From: Pavona decussata
Lineage: Eukaryota
Assembly: GCA_977016875.1 (NCBI GenBank)
Contig: CDRNST010000144.1
Location: 7,316,001 to 7,380,000, forward strand
Length of the DNA: 64,000 nt
Direction: 5' to 3'
Numbering within the stretch: position 1 is the stretch's first letter; each line of letters starts with the position of its first letter. The position numbers and the translations under genes are program-made. The notes beneath the pieces were generated by a model. It was not told where the DNA came from, did not search any database, and was given only the letters and a program-made list of their open reading frames with translations. This document shows positions 61,384 to 64,000 of this stretch, piece after piece.

Positions 61384-63787
61384 TTAATCTTTGATTTTTA
61401 CAACATGAAGGTAACTTATTATGTCAAATTAGCTTAAGGTTCAACGTAATCATCGAAACATTAATAGTTGCGTGCGTTCAGGTGACTTCACGGGATCAGT
61501 TGAAATAGTGCAATTTATCCAAATTCAAAATTTGATTACATCGCAATGAATCATTTCCCCATAAAGTCCTTCGGAAATCTAAAAGAACAACTCTTCGGCT
61601 CTCAAAATCCAATTTTTTGAGGCATTCTATTCAGTACCACATGCTGAAATAATAGGTTATTTTTGGCCCATTTTTCATCTTGATAAAAGTAGGTCGGACA
61701 AATTTATTCACATTATGTTAGTAAATTGTCGAGAATTGCTGAAATTGCCTGTAACACACATTTTGGTATCATTGTACAAAATTTGATGGATTTTATTTCT
61801 CTAAAGTGTTTTAATTCGTTACGCGAAGCTTCCTAAATCGCCCCAAAATACAAGCTCAAGAAGCTACATTTTCACAGAATTTGATTTTTATCGATTTTCT
61901 CAGAAATGAATCGATATTTAGCTAAACAAACTATGCAGTGATTTGTTTCACATTGAGGTCTACCTAACTTGAGAATATGGGCCGAATTGATTTTTGAGCT
62001 GTTGCCACCAAATGTTTGACCGATGGTAACATTTGCTCTTAAGATCCATAAAACGGTACTGTGGGCCATCGTCCCAAGATGCGAATTATCTACGTTTCTG
62101 TACAATTAACACGCAGTCATTAAACAACAAAGCCGCCGAATTTACTGACTTTATTTGTGATGACAAGCCAGATGTTGTTGCAATTACAGAAACGTGGTTC
62201 CACGTGAATGAATCTGCTGCAAGAGTTATGTGCACTCCTACAGGCTACAATCTCCTAGATCACCCCACGCTGGCAGACGCGGCGGTGGTACTGGGATAAT
62301 GTTCAGAGAGAATTTAAGCGTGTGCCAATGCACTGCTGGCGAATTCCAATCTTTTGAATATTCAGAGTGGAAGATAACATCTGGAACTCAGTGTATCCAT
62401 TTGATAATTATTTACAGACCACCGTATTCTGAAGCTCATCCAACCACTACAAGTGTGTTTCTAGCCGAGTTTTGCCAATATCTGGAATCTGCCGTCCTCT
62501 GCACTGACCAGCTCCTGATCTCCGGAGACTTCAACATTCATGTCGACGTGACTGACGATATAGATGCATCCAGATTTCACGGACTCCTTGACAGTATTGG
62601 CCTTGACCAACACGTTAAAGGTCTCTACACATATCAGCGGCCACACCTTGGATCTTATCATTACAAAAAACTCGGACCAGCTACTTATTTCTGCTCCGTG
62701 GGCCGACCACTTATCCTCTGACCACATGCCTGTCCATTGTAATATTCAAGTTGAGAAGCCTTCTTTTAAAAAGGTGCAGATCTCCTACAGGAAACTGAAG
62801 TCAATTAACATGGGGGCTTTGCAGAATGACTTGTCAAAGTCAGACTTATGTAATAACACTCTCTCACCTGAGCTTAACGACCTTGTCTCCTGTTATAATG
62901 AGACTCTAACCTCCACATTAGACCGACATGCACCTCTTATTACTAAATCAATGACAAAAAGACCAGTTGTTCCCTGGTTGTCAGAAGATAAAGTCGGCAA
63001 AACAAGAACGCCGTCATGCTGAACGGAAGTGGAGGAGAACAAAACTAGATTGCGACTTTCGGATCTACAAAGCAAAGAAAAATCGGGCAACCTATGAGAT
63101 GAAGATGGCTCGGAAAGAGTATTATACCAACCTAATACAGGAGAACAGCCATGATCCTCGCAAGCTGTTTAAGTCCGCAAAAACACTTTTCAATCATGAA
63201 AAAGAGTTACATTTCCAAGGTTACCCAGATAACGCGACACTTGCTGACGACATAGGAAACTTCTTTGTTCAAAAATCTGTAATGTAAGTCGTTTCGATCA
63301 CATTTCTCCAACACTGAAAATGTTGCACTGGTTGCCAGTGAAGTATCGTATTGACTTCAAGATATTGTTAATTACGTATAAGGCTATCCATGGACTCGCT
63401 CCAGCGTATCTTAGCGAACTTATCACCCTAAAGACAGTATCTAGATATAGTCTTAGGTCGTCCGACGAAGTCCTCCTTCAACCGCCCAGAATCAAGACTC
63501 TGCGTACGCTGGGTGATCGTAGCTTTACCGTAGCAGCACCAGCGCTCTGGAACAATTTACCGAACGCAGTTCACTGCGCACAAAGTGTTCAATCTTTTGA
63601 GGACAGGTTGAAAACTCATTTATTTCGTCAAGCCTTTGACCTTTATTGAGAATTGTATTTTAGCCATTGACCTTGCCATTGTAATTTTAAATTATATTTA
63701 TTTAGGATATCTTTATTGTAAAGCGCGCGAGAGCATCTGTTTATGATTCGCGCGCTATATAAATAATAAATTATTATTTTTATTATT

Positions 63788-64000
63788 ACAGCCATGCATT
63801 GAGCTTGAGAAGAATATGCTCTTCTACTGAAACAATGAAGAAACAGATAGCCGAATACGGTGATTTCTTTGTAGCACGTAGTTACCAACTTACCAAGGTT
63901 TTACGTCAAAAAGTCCTCATAATGACACAAAAAGAATGCCTACAGACCAGAGAAAGGGAATCTAACAATCGTATCCCCCTGGTCACTACATATAACCCAC
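63788..64000 (+). mobile_element. Penelope-like element, continuation
   Basis: YSHALSLRRICSS...RIPLVTTYNP continues KQSIP from 54468. Confidence 0.85.

Larger units (their letters stand above)
55194..62038 (+). mobile_element. Sola3-type DNA transposon, degenerate
   Basis: TTAA|GAGCAAATGTTGCCA...TGGTAACATTTGCTC|TTAA with about 570-bp imperfect TIRs; GAG ends, TTAA TSD and long TIRs are Sola3 hallmarks. Coding remnants at 56597-57020 (ICPLHR) and 58300-58480 (LAECYNN.EHWSSRRQILSIM). Confidence 0.82.
54469..63787 (+). mobile_element. L2 LINE with RT deleted, split by Sola3
   Basis: 5' ORF 54509-55190 continues at 62043 into APE (INTQSLNNK, ITETW, IYRPP, GDFN, TLDL, SDH). Jump near 63280 to LHWLPVKYRIDFKIL..LWNNLP. 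L2 stem-loop and (ATT)n tail. Confidence 0.9.

Overview
AT-rich eukaryotic, almost entirely transposon-derived DNA. The families present (Deu/Nin-type SINE, Crypton palindromes, Kolobok, Sola3, Ngaro, Tx1-type L1, Penelope) point to a marine invertebrate, probably a cnidarian such as a stony coral; this is inference. No intact host gene is visible, only a broken TLDc-domain exon. The window is a stack of nested insertions whose junctions can often be rebuilt exactly: Ngaro inside a Crypton; a SINE inside a CR1/L2-group LINE; Harbinger and other fragments inside a Kolobok; a TIR element inside an L1 inside a piggyBac; and a piggyBac MITE inside a Sola3 inside an L2 inside a Penelope. It is unusually rich in tyrosine-recombinase (YR) systems. 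Best candidates: (1) a ~7.6 kb YR element with C2H2 fingers and tandem Myb-like repeats, bounded on both sides by (TCA)n and carrying same-orientation AGTC(A/C)AC motifs (46408-54048); (2) a 1.34 kb TIR element inserted with no target-site duplication (42779-44121); (3) a YR gene inside a duplicated composite DNA-transposon end (1-2457 and 5802-8270); (4) a non-canonical 2A-like NPGP motif behind a signal-peptide-like leader in an L2 ORF. All family names come from motif recognition by eye, not database searches. One assembly gap lies at 57790-57961.
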